IMG/VR virus record: IMGVR_UViG_3300034683_000065
Span: 1-58,642 of that record
DNA: 58,642 nt
Strand: one strand, 5' to 3'
Source: a virus
Taxonomy: Duplodnaviria; Caudoviricetes
The translations under genes were made by a program, and so were the position numbers. A model generated the notes under the pieces. The model searched no databases, was not told where the DNA came from, and saw nothing but the letters and a program-made list of their open reading frames with translations. Positions 8,668-17,377 of this stretch are shown here, one piece after another (position 1 is the stretch's first letter; each line of letters starts with the position of its first letter).

Positions 8668-9234
8668 ATGTCGAAGTTTACGCGCAACACTCTCATCGAA
8701 GTCGGCAACATGGACTCGGCAATCATCGACTACAGGAATAGCTTTCTTGACGTGAAGACTGACGGCCATGTCATTCTGTTGTCATGCCTGTATCATGGAA
8801 TGCCAGCCAATCTTGAGACGGGAGCAGACGGCAAGTCCTTGAAGAACCCCGGCAACGGTTCCTTCCTTAACAAGTTTCTCAAGGTCGTCGGCGAGTCGCA
8901 CCCCGCGTATGTTCCGCGCCTCAAGTCGTTCATCAAGGAAGTCGCGCCTTTCGAGGTTGACGGCGAGAAGGTCAGGTTCAAAGAGAAGACCTTCAGGGAC
9001 ATGGGCGGCGACCGCGACGTTATCTTCGGTCGCCTGAACGCCATCGCAGGGACGTGGTACGACCGGACGAAGGCCGAGAAGAAGGAAAAGGGACGCCCTG
9101 ACGTTGCCAAGAAGCTGGCAAGCCTCGTCAAGATTATCAAGGGCCTTGAGAACCTGTCCGAGCAGGAACAGGCCATCCTCACCGGCCTTCTCAAGATTGC
9201 CGAGATTGCCAAGGTCGAGCTGCCCAAGGAATAG
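8668..9234 (+). CDS. Early hypothetical protein
   Basis: RBS GAGGT before ATG 8668; strong C/G third-position codon bias. Confidence 0.8.
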   Translation: MSKFTRNTLIEVGNMDSAIIDYRNSFLDVKTDGHVILLSCLYHGMPANLETGADGKSLKNPGNGSFLNKFLKVVGESHPAYVPRLKSFIKEVAPFEVDGEKVRFKEKTFRDMGGDRDVIFGRLNAIAGTWYDRTKAEKKEKGRPDVAKKLASLVKIIKGLENLSEQEQAILTGLLKIAEIAKVELPKE

Positions 9235-9240
9235 CCGCCT

Positions 9241-9301
9241 TGTGGGCCACATAGCACCCGTCAAGTACCAAGTAGCTTGGCGGGTGCACTTGTGTTCTAC
9301 A
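9241..9301 (+). promoter_or_regulatory. Intergenic RNase III-like hairpin (family member; close copy at 10194-10250)
   Basis: GCACCCGTCAAG/CTTGGCGGGTGC upper stem plus a lower stem; 3' arm repeated at about 10225. Confidence 0.55.
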
Positions 9302-9327
9302 ACTAATTAGTACCGGAGGTCGCAGAT

Positions 9328-9540
9328 ATGCAAAAGCTTTTTTCTCACGCCAATCAGCGAGGCATTCGTCGCACCTTTACGCTGCCAGTCGGAAGTCACG
9401 CATGTGAAGCAGTGGAATACGTCGAGCACATGGTTCGCGTGGGAACAATCGTCGACGCAGAGGTGGAGAGCCGGGTGTACGACGTTGTGGCCAATTATTA
9501 TTTCAACCTCAACGTGTCAGTCCGGCACGTGTCAGAATAA
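9328..9540 (+). CDS. Early hypothetical protein
   Basis: RBS GGAGGT, 70 aa. Confidence 0.7.
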   Translation: MQKLFSHANQRGIRRTFTLPVGSHACEAVEYVEHMVRVGTIVDAEVESRVYDVVANYYFNLNVSVRHVSE

Positions 9541-9606
9541 TAAGTCGACAGCTAGCAAGCTGGTGGCTTTTATTGCGTCCTACAACTAACTAACGCTGGA
9601 GGTTTT

Positions 9607-9828
9607 ATGGACATCAACATCAATGTCACAAGAGCCACCGAGTCAACCCGTGTTGATGTTTCCGCAACCGGAGTGTCGGCAGGCGATTTCATAAAAGTCA
9701 TGTCCGCCGCGTCTGAAATTGCGGCTGGTGTCGCATCTGGGTTTCTAGCCGCCGTTTCTCAAGGCAAAGGTGACAGAAACGATGAGTGTGAAAAGCTGAT
9801 TATGTCCTTGGTACGCAAAATCAAGTAA
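9607..9828 (+). CDS. Early hypothetical protein
   Basis: RBS GGAGG, 73 aa. Confidence 0.7.
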   Translation: MDININVTRATESTRVDVSATGVSAGDFIKVMSAASEIAAGVASGFLAAVSQGKGDRNDECEKLIMSLVRKIK

Positions 9829-9917
9829 ACGCTCATCGGTAGGCCACCCAGAAGCCATCAGCTAGCAAGTTGGTGGCTTTTATTGTGCCCTACAATCAAC
9901 AAGCTAGGAGAAAAGCC

Positions 9918-10169
9918 ATGCGAATCACAGTTGTTGAGAACATACGCGACTACGGAAACCCCGTACTCAAACTGTCGAGGAGGACAGGGGTTGGCAGGTC
10001 GTGGCCCGCGCCTGTGGGAGGTAATTGCTCGCGGGTTGAGAATGAAATGCGCGAGCACGCGGAACGTACCCCCGTGGGTGAAATCTTCACCATATGGGGA
10101 GAGTTGATGGAAATGGGCGGCTATGAGCCGCGAAGGTGTTTCAAGCAGCAGTATGTGTTCATTGACTAG
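9918..10169 (+). CDS. Early hypothetical protein
   Basis: RBS AGGAG before ATG 9918. Confidence 0.65.
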   Translation: MRITVVENIRDYGNPVLKLSRRTGVGRSWPAPVGGNCSRVENEMREHAERTPVGEIFTIWGELMEMGGYEPRRCFKQQYVFID

Positions 10170-10271
10170 TGGCCATGCCTGCAATAGTAGGAGTGTAGGA
10201 CGCCTAGCACACGTCAGGCAAGAACTTGGCGGGTGCGCTTGTGTTCTACAATTAACAAGTGAGGTGACACT

Positions 10272-10487
10272 ATGAATATTCAGCTCTCGCGCGTTCCACA
10301 CTTTCTGGCAAAGCAGCATGGGTGGCCAGCGTGGGCGGTGTCTCGCGTGAGATATAGCAGAAAAGATGGTACGCGGGTGGTAATTCACTTCACCCACGAA
10401 GACCACGTTAAAGAACTCATCGATGTTCTTGAACGAGAGGGGAAAGGGTGCCCCGGTCTTATCGAAGTTGAAGAACTTATCTTGTGA
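10272..10487 (+). CDS. Early hypothetical protein
   Basis: RBS GAGGTG, 71 aa. Confidence 0.7.
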   Translation: MNIQLSRVPHFLAKQHGWPAWAVSRVRYSRKDGTRVVIHFTHEDHVKELIDVLEREGKGCPGLIEVEELIL

Positions 10488-10494
10488 GGGCAGC

Positions 10495-10722
10495 ATGGCA
10501 AAGCTCATAGTCGTGCGCTTTGGTGCGCCAGTCGACGAAGTAACAATCAGAACCATAACGGCAGCAAAGCTGCACGGCGAGGCCATGTATCGTGAGTACG
10601 GGTCTAACATCGTGAGCATACACGTCTTCCACACCAAGTGGGTGGAAGACGTCCTCGTGCTGGACAAAACCAAGCCGTACTACAGGCTTATGAAAAAAGG
10701 AGGTTGGGCACAGCATGGCTAA
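10495..10722 (+). CDS. Early hypothetical protein
   Basis: RBS GAGGG before ATG 10495. Confidence 0.6.
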   Translation: MAKLIVVRFGAPVDEVTIRTITAAKLHGEAMYREYGSNIVSIHVFHTKWVEDVLVLDKTKPYYRLMKKGGWAQHG

Positions 10723-10842
10723 CAAGAACATCGTCGTCGTGTACGACCTCTAGCCACACAGAACCCATCTCCTAGGTGACAGCAGTGAGGTGGGTTCTAT
10801 TGTGTTTAGAAACGCTAGAATATTAACAGAGGAGGGCGGTCA

Positions 10843-11682
10843 GTGCGAGTATACCGTATCTACAGGCTGCACATGAACAACGGAGACGTGTTTATGTGTA
10901 ACAACTGTGTCAACGTGTACGGAAAGCGGAAGTATTACGTTGAGAGCGCATGTCAGTGCGGCTTTGACGACTGTTTTGAACGTACCCGCATGTACTTTGA
11001 CGTCCTCGAAGATATGTCTGTGGCCGCCAAAGAGTACATAAAAATTGAAAACTGCTATCTCCCCATCAAAAATATCTCCTACGTAGAGGTGGTAGTTGGG
11101 GAGTACTGTCACGTACGGAACATCGACTGGAAGGTGACGGACATAGACAAACTTGAGGAGGACATATGGGAAAAGATGCAGGCAAGTTGTATCTTGTCAG
11201 CGAGCACTCGCGCAAGGCAGTCGCAGACTACATTACTGCCACCATCGCCTCCGGAGCAAGTGGTATCTCAGCAGACCAGACAACCCGACCCCAAAACACA
11301 CAGGGTGAAAAGGAGTCTTATCGTGAAGATCATCATCGCCTTTCTTGCCTCAGCTGCCATGCTGTTCTACGGCCTCACCGCTCGCTCGTTCGGTGCCGAC
11401 ACCAACGCCGTGTCTGAATGGTGTGCCGCCAAGCAGGACGTGCCTGCCTCGTGGACAATGGCTGGCATCTCCGCCATCCTCGAAAGTGGCGAGGACGAAA
11501 GTGTGTTCGACGCACGTAACGACGTAGGTTTTCTTGTGTCCGGCACTGTGGTCAAGGTGCAGCACAAAGACTCCAAGCTGGGAGTGGCTGCCGTAGTTCC
11601 TGTGTACGCCAAGGGTGCTACCTTCTGGGTTGAGTACCCGACAAAGAAGTACTGGGATTGTTCGTTCGAAAAAGAGGAGTAG
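10843..11682 (+). CDS. Bitopic membrane protein (Cys-rich N-domain, TM helix, extracytoplasmic domain)
   Basis: RBS GAGGAGG; hydrophobic LIVKIIIAFLASAAMLFYGL. Confidence 0.7.
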   Translation: MRVYRIYRLHMNNGDVFMCNNCVNVYGKRKYYVESACQCGFDDCFERTRMYFDVLEDMSVAAKEYIKIENCYLPIKNISYVEVVVGEYCHVRNIDWKVTDIDKLEEDIWEKMQASCILSASTRARQSQTTLLPPSPPEQVVSQQTRQPDPKTHRVKRSLIVKIIIAFLASAAMLFYGLTARSFGADTNAVSEWCAAKQDVPASWTMAGISAILESGEDESVFDARNDVGFLVSGTVVKVQHKDSKLGVAAVVPVYAKGATFWVEYPTKKYWDCSFEKEE

Positions 11683-11686
11683 TGAC

Positions 11687-11923
11687 ATGTGTGCCAACAC
11701 CTACGTCGTCATTGGGCTGCTCGTGCTCGCCACCTTTCTGTTCTGGCTCACGGTGTGCTTGCGAAAGAACCTCAACAAGTACGCTCGCAAGTACTACATC
11801 GCTGCACAAGAACGGGACATCATGGCGTGCGACGCCAACAAGCAGGCCAAGTACGTCCGCATCCTCAAGCGGTCACTGTGCAGGATGGCTTTGCGTGGCG
11901 GCCCGAGGATAATCCGGCGATAG
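11687..11923 (+). CDS. Small membrane-anchored protein
   Basis: RBS GAGGAG; N-terminal TM helix. Confidence 0.65.
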   Translation: MCANTYVVIGLLVLATFLFWLTVCLRKNLNKYARKYYIAAQERDIMACDANKQAKYVRILKRSLCRMALRGGPRIIRR

Positions 11924-12022
11924 CATCTTCAAAGCAGCCATCAAGCGCACACTTGGTGGCTGTCATTGCAGCTGCTACTTACACAGCTAGCACCATCACA
12001 ATACCCACAGGAGGAACACACT

Positions 12023-12226
12023 ATGGGTAAGACCTACAAGTACAACAGACGTGGAAAGGTTAAGGCTGCTGGTGAAGGCCAGCTCTCGAAGGAAGAACGA
12101 GCGTACACAGGAGGTCGAGTCTCGTACTCGTCCGGTGAACGCCACGAACAGCGTCGTTCTCTTCGACACGAACGCCGTGCCCTGAAAGAAAGCGGCCTCA
12201 CGTGTGTTCTCGAAGACGAAGACTAG
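12023..12226 (+). CDS. Small Arg-rich protein
   Basis: RBS AGGAGG; MGKTYK... start. Confidence 0.7.
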   Translation: MGKTYKYNRRGKVKAAGEGQLSKEERAYTGGRVSYSSGERHEQRRSLRHERRALKESGLTCVLEDED

Positions 12227-12230
12227 CGCC

Positions 12231-12500
12231 ATGGAAACTTCCAACCCCAAGCGCAAGAACGGGAGACCTGCGAAGAACAAGATGATATCGATCTCGTCGA
12301 TGCCTAACCCTGTGCACATCCGTACGTACGAAGCGGGTAAGTACCGGAAAGGCAACGACTACGTCGTCGACGTAACGAAAGGTTACGGAGATGTCTACAT
12401 GATCGTGGCTGCCGCCCTTGACGAGGGCCGAGTAGTCACAGCCCGAAAGATTGAACCGGCCGACGTGCTGTACACCAGAAGCAGCACGGATACAATATAA
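12231..12500 (+). CDS. Hypothetical protein
   Basis: Tightly packed ORF following 12226. Confidence 0.55.
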   Translation: METSNPKRKNGRPAKNKMISISSMPNPVHIRTYEAGKYRKGNDYVVDVTKGYGDVYMIVAAALDEGRVVTARKIEPADVLYTRSSTDTI

Positions 12501-12530
12501 AACCACTAACACCACAAAAGGGAGAACACC

Positions 12531-13568
12531 ATGTCGAAGCCCATCATCAAGGAACTCATCGAATCCAACACCAACGCTTTCAAGGACGCTGCTGCCCGCG
12601 CTGGCGGTAAGCTGCTGCTCGACGCCATCCTCGGCGACCCCACCCTGAAGGAGCGCATCGCAGTGGCAGAGGGGGTGGCAACACTTGCCAGTCTTCTCGA
12701 CGCCAACGGTGCACCCGGCAAGATCCTGCGGCCTGTCGCCGTGGGTGCTCTGTCGATCACCGTTGACGAGCTGGTGTCGTGCTTCATCACGGCCTCGGCA
12801 GACGGGGGTGCAAAGCTGGCCATCACCACCGAAGAGTACGCCAAGCAGCGTGAACTCGACACCGTCTTCAGCTCGGCAGCCGATGGTCAGGCTGCCATGA
12901 CCCTTCCTGAAGAAGCCACACCGGAAAAGGCGAAGGTAATCGCCCTCCCAGAAGGTGGTGGTGTGGTGAAGCCCAACGACGGCAAGGGTCTCTCCATAGG
13001 GGATGCCATCGCCGAAGCCCTGACCGGCAAGTCGAACGCCTCCTCGGCCAGCTCAGGTGAGTCGACGACGACCACCAAGTCCAGCGGCAACAGCCACCTC
13101 TGCCCTCGCTGCGGCAAGGCTTCCAAGAAGGGTGACCTGAAGCAGTGGAAGCCCGGCAAGGACGTGCTGAAGGACATCGAAGGCGACGTGCTTCCCCACG
13201 TTGGCACCAGCCTCTGCGGTACGTGCCGTCGCGACCTGAACCAGCTCGTCGACAAGGCCCACAAGAACGTGCGCCGCATGAGCGAGATCCTTGACAAGGT
13301 GTCCAGCAACAAGGCGTCCACCGAAAAGTTCAGCGGTGAACTCGCCGAGTACCAGGCCACCCTCGAATCCGTCAAGGCCCTTGGTGACAAGGCTCCTGCC
13401 CCGATGGTGGCTCTCGCCACCGAAGCCGAGGCCAAGATCACCACGCTCACCAACAACATCGCCCGCATCGAAGAGGACACGAAGAAGCTTGAGGCCGAGT
13501 ACGACTCGCTCTCCGGCACTGCTGCCCCCACCGAAGAAGCCGGTGTTGAAAAGTCCTCCGAGCTGTAA
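12531..13568 (+). CDS. Early protein with helical N-domain, CxxC..CxxC zinc ribbon and C-terminal coiled coil
   Basis: CPRC/CGTC motifs; strong codon bias; leader AAAAGGGAGAACACC. Confidence 0.85.
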   Translation: MSKPIIKELIESNTNAFKDAAARAGGKLLLDAILGDPTLKERIAVAEGVATLASLLDANGAPGKILRPVAVGALSITVDELVSCFITASADGGAKLAITTEEYAKQRELDTVFSSAADGQAAMTLPEEATPEKAKVIALPEGGGVVKPNDGKGLSIGDAIAEALTGKSNASSASSGESTTTTKSSGNSHLCPRCGKASKKGDLKQWKPGKDVLKDIEGDVLPHVGTSLCGTCRRDLNQLVDKAHKNVRRMSEILDKVSSNKASTEKFSGELAEYQATLESVKALGDKAPAPMVALATEAEAKITTLTNNIARIEEDTKKLEAEYDSLSGTAAPTEEAGVEKSSEL

Positions 13569-13610
13569 GTCAACGCAACAACCAACCGCCAAAATAAAAG
13601 GGAGAACACC

Positions 13611-14168
13611 ATGACCAAGACCAACGACATGAACAACGAGTTCACCGCCGAACTGGAGCAGATGCTCAACAACGACGAGAAGAAGGCGTCTGTTGTCGAC
13701 GCAGTCTTCGGGTTCCTCAAGGGAGGCGCACTCCAGGGTGTCGCCAGTGACCTGGCCACGTCGCACAAGGAAGCCGTCGCCGTCAGCATGAAGGCCAACA
13801 TCGGCGGCATCGTGCTGAAGAACACGGTCGATCTCATCCTTGCCATGATGCCCAAGCACGTTGCCGACAAGGTCGACGACAACCCCATCTACCGAGGCAT
13901 GGCAGAGTTCGTCGCTGCCCAGCTGGCCGGTGGTGTCATGTTCTTCATGGCCCGCAACTCTGTCAACAACTCCGCGAAGTACATCTTCGTGGCAGACAGT
14001 GTGGTGCTTGCCATGCAGACCCGCATGTTCACCATCTTCAACGTCGAAGGCATCGTGGATCACATGCTTGCCGGCGTGAAGGGCAAGCTTGAGAGCGCTA
14101 TCAACGGCGGCACGCTGCCCGCTGACGCCGTGTTCAACAATCCCGACCCGGCCACCAAGCCCATGTAA
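13611..14168 (+). CDS. Early hydrophobic helical hypothetical protein
   Basis: Same leader AAAAGGGAGAACACC; strong codon bias. Confidence 0.85.
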   Translation: MTKTNDMNNEFTAELEQMLNNDEKKASVVDAVFGFLKGGALQGVASDLATSHKEAVAVSMKANIGGIVLKNTVDLILAMMPKHVADKVDDNPIYRGMAEFVAAQLAGGVMFFMARNSVNNSAKYIFVADSVVLAMQTRMFTIFNVEGIVDHMLAGVKGKLESAINGGTLPADAVFNNPDPATKPM

Positions 14169-14256
14169 CACTGGGCCTAGCCTACTAGGGGTGGGCACTA
14201 CGGTGCTCGCCCCAATGGAGGCTAGTAATACGGAGAACACCACGAAGGAGGATACT

Positions 14257-14415
14257 GTGGAAGAGTACACCTGTGGCGAATGTGGCTGGCAAGGGTTGTT
14301 CTGCAACTACGATGACGGGCCAGTCTGCCCTACGTGCGGAGCCGAACTTGAACCATCATCGTGCTCGTCCTGCTCTTGTGACGGCTCGTGCTCAGGCTGT
14401 GAGTGCGGTGACTAA
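14257..14415 (+). CDS. Small Cys-rich zinc-ribbon protein
   Basis: RBS AAGGAGG; CGECG..CPTCG..CSSCSCDGSCSGC. Confidence 0.6.
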   Translation: MEEYTCGECGWQGLFCNYDDGPVCPTCGAELEPSSCSSCSCDGSCSGCECGD

Positions 14416-14433
14416 CTGAAAAGGAGTCTTGGT

Positions 14434-14730
14434 ATGCGTGAGTGCCTCAACACTTTCCTGTTTGGTGTCTTGGTTGTGAGCGTGGTGCTTCAACAGTTCT
14501 ACGCTTACGACAGGACGTGCACTCAGCTGCTTAGTCTGCGCACGCAGTACGATGAACTCGACAGGCGCTACGCCTGCTTGAGCAGCGCCGTTGACAACCA
14601 CATCGACGAGGTATCCTCCATCATCGAACGTGGCAAGACGGCAACCCCAGAGACGCTTCGTGTGCTGATCAACACGCTGAAGTGGAACGCTGGGTACATC
14701 GTAGACAGAACTGAAAACGCACCTGAATAG
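14434..14730 (+). CDS. Membrane-anchored coiled-coil protein
   Basis: RBS AAGGAG; N-terminal hydrophobic segment. Confidence 0.65.
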   Translation: MRECLNTFLFGVLVVSVVLQQFYAYDRTCTQLLSLRTQYDELDRRYACLSSAVDNHIDEVSSIIERGKTATPETLRVLINTLKWNAGYIVDRTENAPE

Positions 14731-15435
14731 GTGTTGTCACAGGTGGGGCGATAGCTTCTGCTGTCGTCCTACCCATTGGCAACGCGTGCTCACTTGCTGT
14801 AAAGCACACGTGCTGTGTGGAATTACTATTAGCCAGGCAGGGAAACCTGTACACGTCTGCACCAAGAGGGTCTGGTCAAGTGGCTACCAGCTTGGACAGT
14901 TTCGCTAAAGCTAAGCGGGGCTGCCGCCAAGGTAACAGCACTATAAACTCAACAGGTGTAGAGGTAGGGGAAGGCACCCAGGTGACGAAGCACAAGCGCC
15001 GCCCAGCAATAGCTTAGCCGTGTTGACCGTTCGTTATTGGCGTTGGTTGACAGCTCATCGAAAACACAAAGGCTTAGTGTCGGTGAGGGGAAAGGTGAAC
15101 TCCTGTGTCCCTAAGACCGTAGGTGTGTGCGAGGAAGACTTGACACACGTAAGAACTTGATCCGCGATGCCTTTAACTGCTGCCAACCACAAGGCGAAGA
15201 GAGCTTGGTCGTTAGTTCAGAGCCAGCACAATTGGGTTAGTACTGCAAAGTATCTTCAGGAACTACGTGTTCCCTTGCACTGCGGTGCTCGGCGCACAGC
15301 TACGTTGGGACTACAATGTACCTAGTGCTCGAAGATTTTGAGGAGGGTTGCCCTCGCTTTGCCAAAGGCCAGTAGCTGGCCAGGAATCTGGGCTCGACTT
15401 GCAGGCCGCTGCACAAGTTCTCACAAGTTGTCTCT
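14731..15435 (+). ncRNA. Putative large structured ncRNA 2 (unclassified)
   Basis: About 700 nt without a credible ORF; G-U-containing hairpin 14731-14785, CAGG-GAAA-CCTG, long-range AGAACTTG(15152)/CAAGTTCT(15414), many stems. Confidence 0.6.
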
Positions 15436-15479
15436 TTCTATCTCACGTAAAGGTTCAAGCATCTGGAGGTGTGACTATC

Positions 15480-15932
15480 ATGGTAAGAACTCAGTTCAGG
15501 CACCACGCCCTCGGCATGTGGGTGCCGTTAATGCTCACTGCTGCCGGGCTGCTCCTTCCGCTCGTAGCGTGCCGTATGTTCGGTTGGATTTGGGTGTCGG
15601 CTCTGCCAATTACCGGAGTCATAGCCTACACATGGTGGGCATGTCGAGCCGTAGAGTTCGACTATGCTTTCCGTGCCTTGAACCGGCACGAGTACCCGCT
15701 GTATCCACCCGCAGTCTGGACAACAATGCGGTTGGTCAAACTGTACAGCGGCACGAGGAGCCGATTGTATGTGCTTGAGAAAGCTGCTGACGCTGCTCGA
15801 AGAAGAGCAGCCACCGTAACTGGCTGCGTTGAGACGTTAGCCTTGGAAGCAGGATACAAACGGATGACCGGTCTTGACTGGCTCAAGGCCCAGTTCATTC
15901 CTGCACACCAAGACATAAACGCTCAACGATAG
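15480..15932 (+). CDS. Two-TM membrane protein
   Basis: RBS GGAGGT before ATG 15480; two hydrophobic segments. Confidence 0.7.
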   Translation: MVRTQFRHHALGMWVPLMLTAAGLLLPLVACRMFGWIWVSALPITGVIAYTWWACRAVEFDYAFRALNRHEYPLYPPAVWTTMRLVKLYSGTRSRLYVLEKAADAARRRAATVTGCVETLALEAGYKRMTGLDWLKAQFIPAHQDINAQR

Positions 15933-15996
15933 GAACTTTCAACAGAGCTGGGAACCGAGGGCACTTGGTTCCCAGTTTTACATGGAGGTTGCGACC

Positions 15997-16212
15997 GTGA
16001 GCGAAATCATCTGCCCTAAAGATAAGCACGTCTTCACGTCAATCGACGACGTGGAGTTGTGCTGCTGCCCTGCGCCACACGCCCGGTGCCCTAAGAACTG
16101 TATACTCACACATAAAGGAGGCCTTGCTGATGTCTTGGTTGTCGGTAACGATTGTAGCTTTGGTGTCTATTCTGATCCTTGTAGTGGCAAGCTACGTGTG
16201 GATGAAGATTGA
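15997..16212 (+). CDS. Small Cys-rich hypothetical protein
   Basis: RBS GGAGGT before GTG. Confidence 0.5.
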   Translation: MSEIICPKDKHVFTSIDDVELCCCPAPHARCPKNCILTHKGGLADVLVVGNDCSFGVYSDPCSGKLRVDED

Positions 16213-16342
16213 CGCCGTGATCGAAAGAAGGCGGTACATGGTTGGCCCGTTCAAGACTCTTGGCATGGGCAGCCTCAGCACAGCGGGTCGTCTTGTCACG
16301 AAGCCTGTGTTCAAAGTCTACGTTTGGTGGCACAAGTTGTAA
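16124..16342 (+). CDS. Small membrane protein
   Basis: RBS AAAGGAGG; TM helix; overlaps the previous ORF. Confidence 0.6.
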   Translation: MLMSWLSVTIVALVSILILVVASYVWMKIDAVIERRRYMVGPFKTLGMGSLSTAGRLVTKPVFKVYVWWHKL

Positions 16343-16362
16343 GCTGCCTCGGAGGGAACGAC

Positions 16363-16578
16363 ATGCCTGAAATCGTAATGGAAATAATGCGCGGGACAGC
16401 TACTCTTGGGGGTATCAAGTGCCCCAACTGCGGCAACAAGTGCTTCGGTGTCATCACCCGTACACTGGAATTTGGTACCAGTTATTTCTTACGGTGTTCG
16501 TGTGGTGTGTCTGGCCCCCGCGGCACTGACAGACGAGAAGCAGTCGAAAAATTTAAATCAACATTTGGCCCCCGCTAG
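16363..16578 (+). CDS. Lar-like (restriction alleviation family) zinc-ribbon protein
   Basis: CPNCG...CSCG..GP....REAVEKF pattern. Confidence 0.55.
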   Translation: MPEIVMEIMRGTATLGGIKCPNCGNKCFGVITRTLEFGTSYFLRCSCGVSGPRGTDRREAVEKFKSTFGPR

Positions 16579-16807
16579 TAGGTGCATTAGTTGTGTCAAG
16601 CATCACTGTAACAAGGCACACTATCCAAGACACACCCTTGCTTTTAGCACAACCAGTCTTATCTTCACTGGTTAGTGCTGAGCACTGTACGTATTCACTG
16701 TGTGTTTTGCGTAGCGTGCCTTGATGTTTCACGACACAGCTGGGTGCACAGAACACGACGGGCCAAAAACTTTGTGTCAGTAACCTGTAACAGTTAATGG
16801 AGGTAGT

Positions 16808-16993
16808 ATGAACGTGCTGAAAAAGGTGGCCGACGCCATCGAAGAACACCCCAACACGGCGTCCATCATTCTCGGTGCAGTAATCGCAGGCATTTACTGG
16901 AGATTCTGCAACAAGATTGCGACAGAAGCGGCATCGCTCGTAGTCGTCGAAAAGGCGGACAGACAGTGCATCACCTTCACCCCTAAGCAGTAA
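16808..16993 (+). CDS. Small single-TM protein
   Basis: RBS GGAGG; IILGAVIAGIY; ends TPKQ. Confidence 0.7.
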   Translation: MNVLKKVADAIEEHPNTASIILGAVIAGIYWRFCNKIATEAASLVVVEKADRQCITFTPKQ

Positions 16994-17127
16994 CCTCGAC
17001 ACAGGCAGCGGAGCACCAACGCTTCGCTGTCTGCATCGGGAGTCCTGCCCCACAGTTAATGTAGGCTAAGCAACTTCCCAACGTACAACCTGTAACCCCG
17101 ACCAAGTTCGGGACATAGGAGCTTACC

Positions 17128-17304
17128 ATGCCCAGCTTTTTCCGCAAGCCCACCATGGGCGAGATCATCGCAGCCGCCATCGGCGCCGCCGTCGTAGCGG
17201 CTTTCTACAACAAGGACAACATCATGTCCGCCCTGCCCAGCTCCAAGCCTGACGCAGCCATCGACGCCGGCGACGTTGTTGTCGACGTCACCCCGCAGCA
17301 GTAG
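17128..17304 (+). CDS. Small single-TM protein (58 aa, absent from the ORF track)
   Basis: RBS AGGAG; MPSFFRKPTMGEIIAAAIGAAVVAAFYNK...TPQQ; strong codon bias. Confidence 0.7.
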   Translation: MPSFFRKPTMGEIIAAAIGAAVVAAFYNKDNIMSALPSSKPDAAIDAGDVVVDVTPQQ

Positions 17305-17377
17305 CCTGCTTCGGTGACCGGAAGGGCAGGACTTCCGAGTCACTGTAAACGCTACCCTCTCACACAAAGGAGGACTC

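Noticed and set aside
14790-15435. Group I or group II intron, or RNase P RNA
   Set aside because: GGGACTACA at about 15307 has no matching TAGTC P7 partner; there is no domain V hairpin and no GAGGAAAGTCC; the flanks are not split exons
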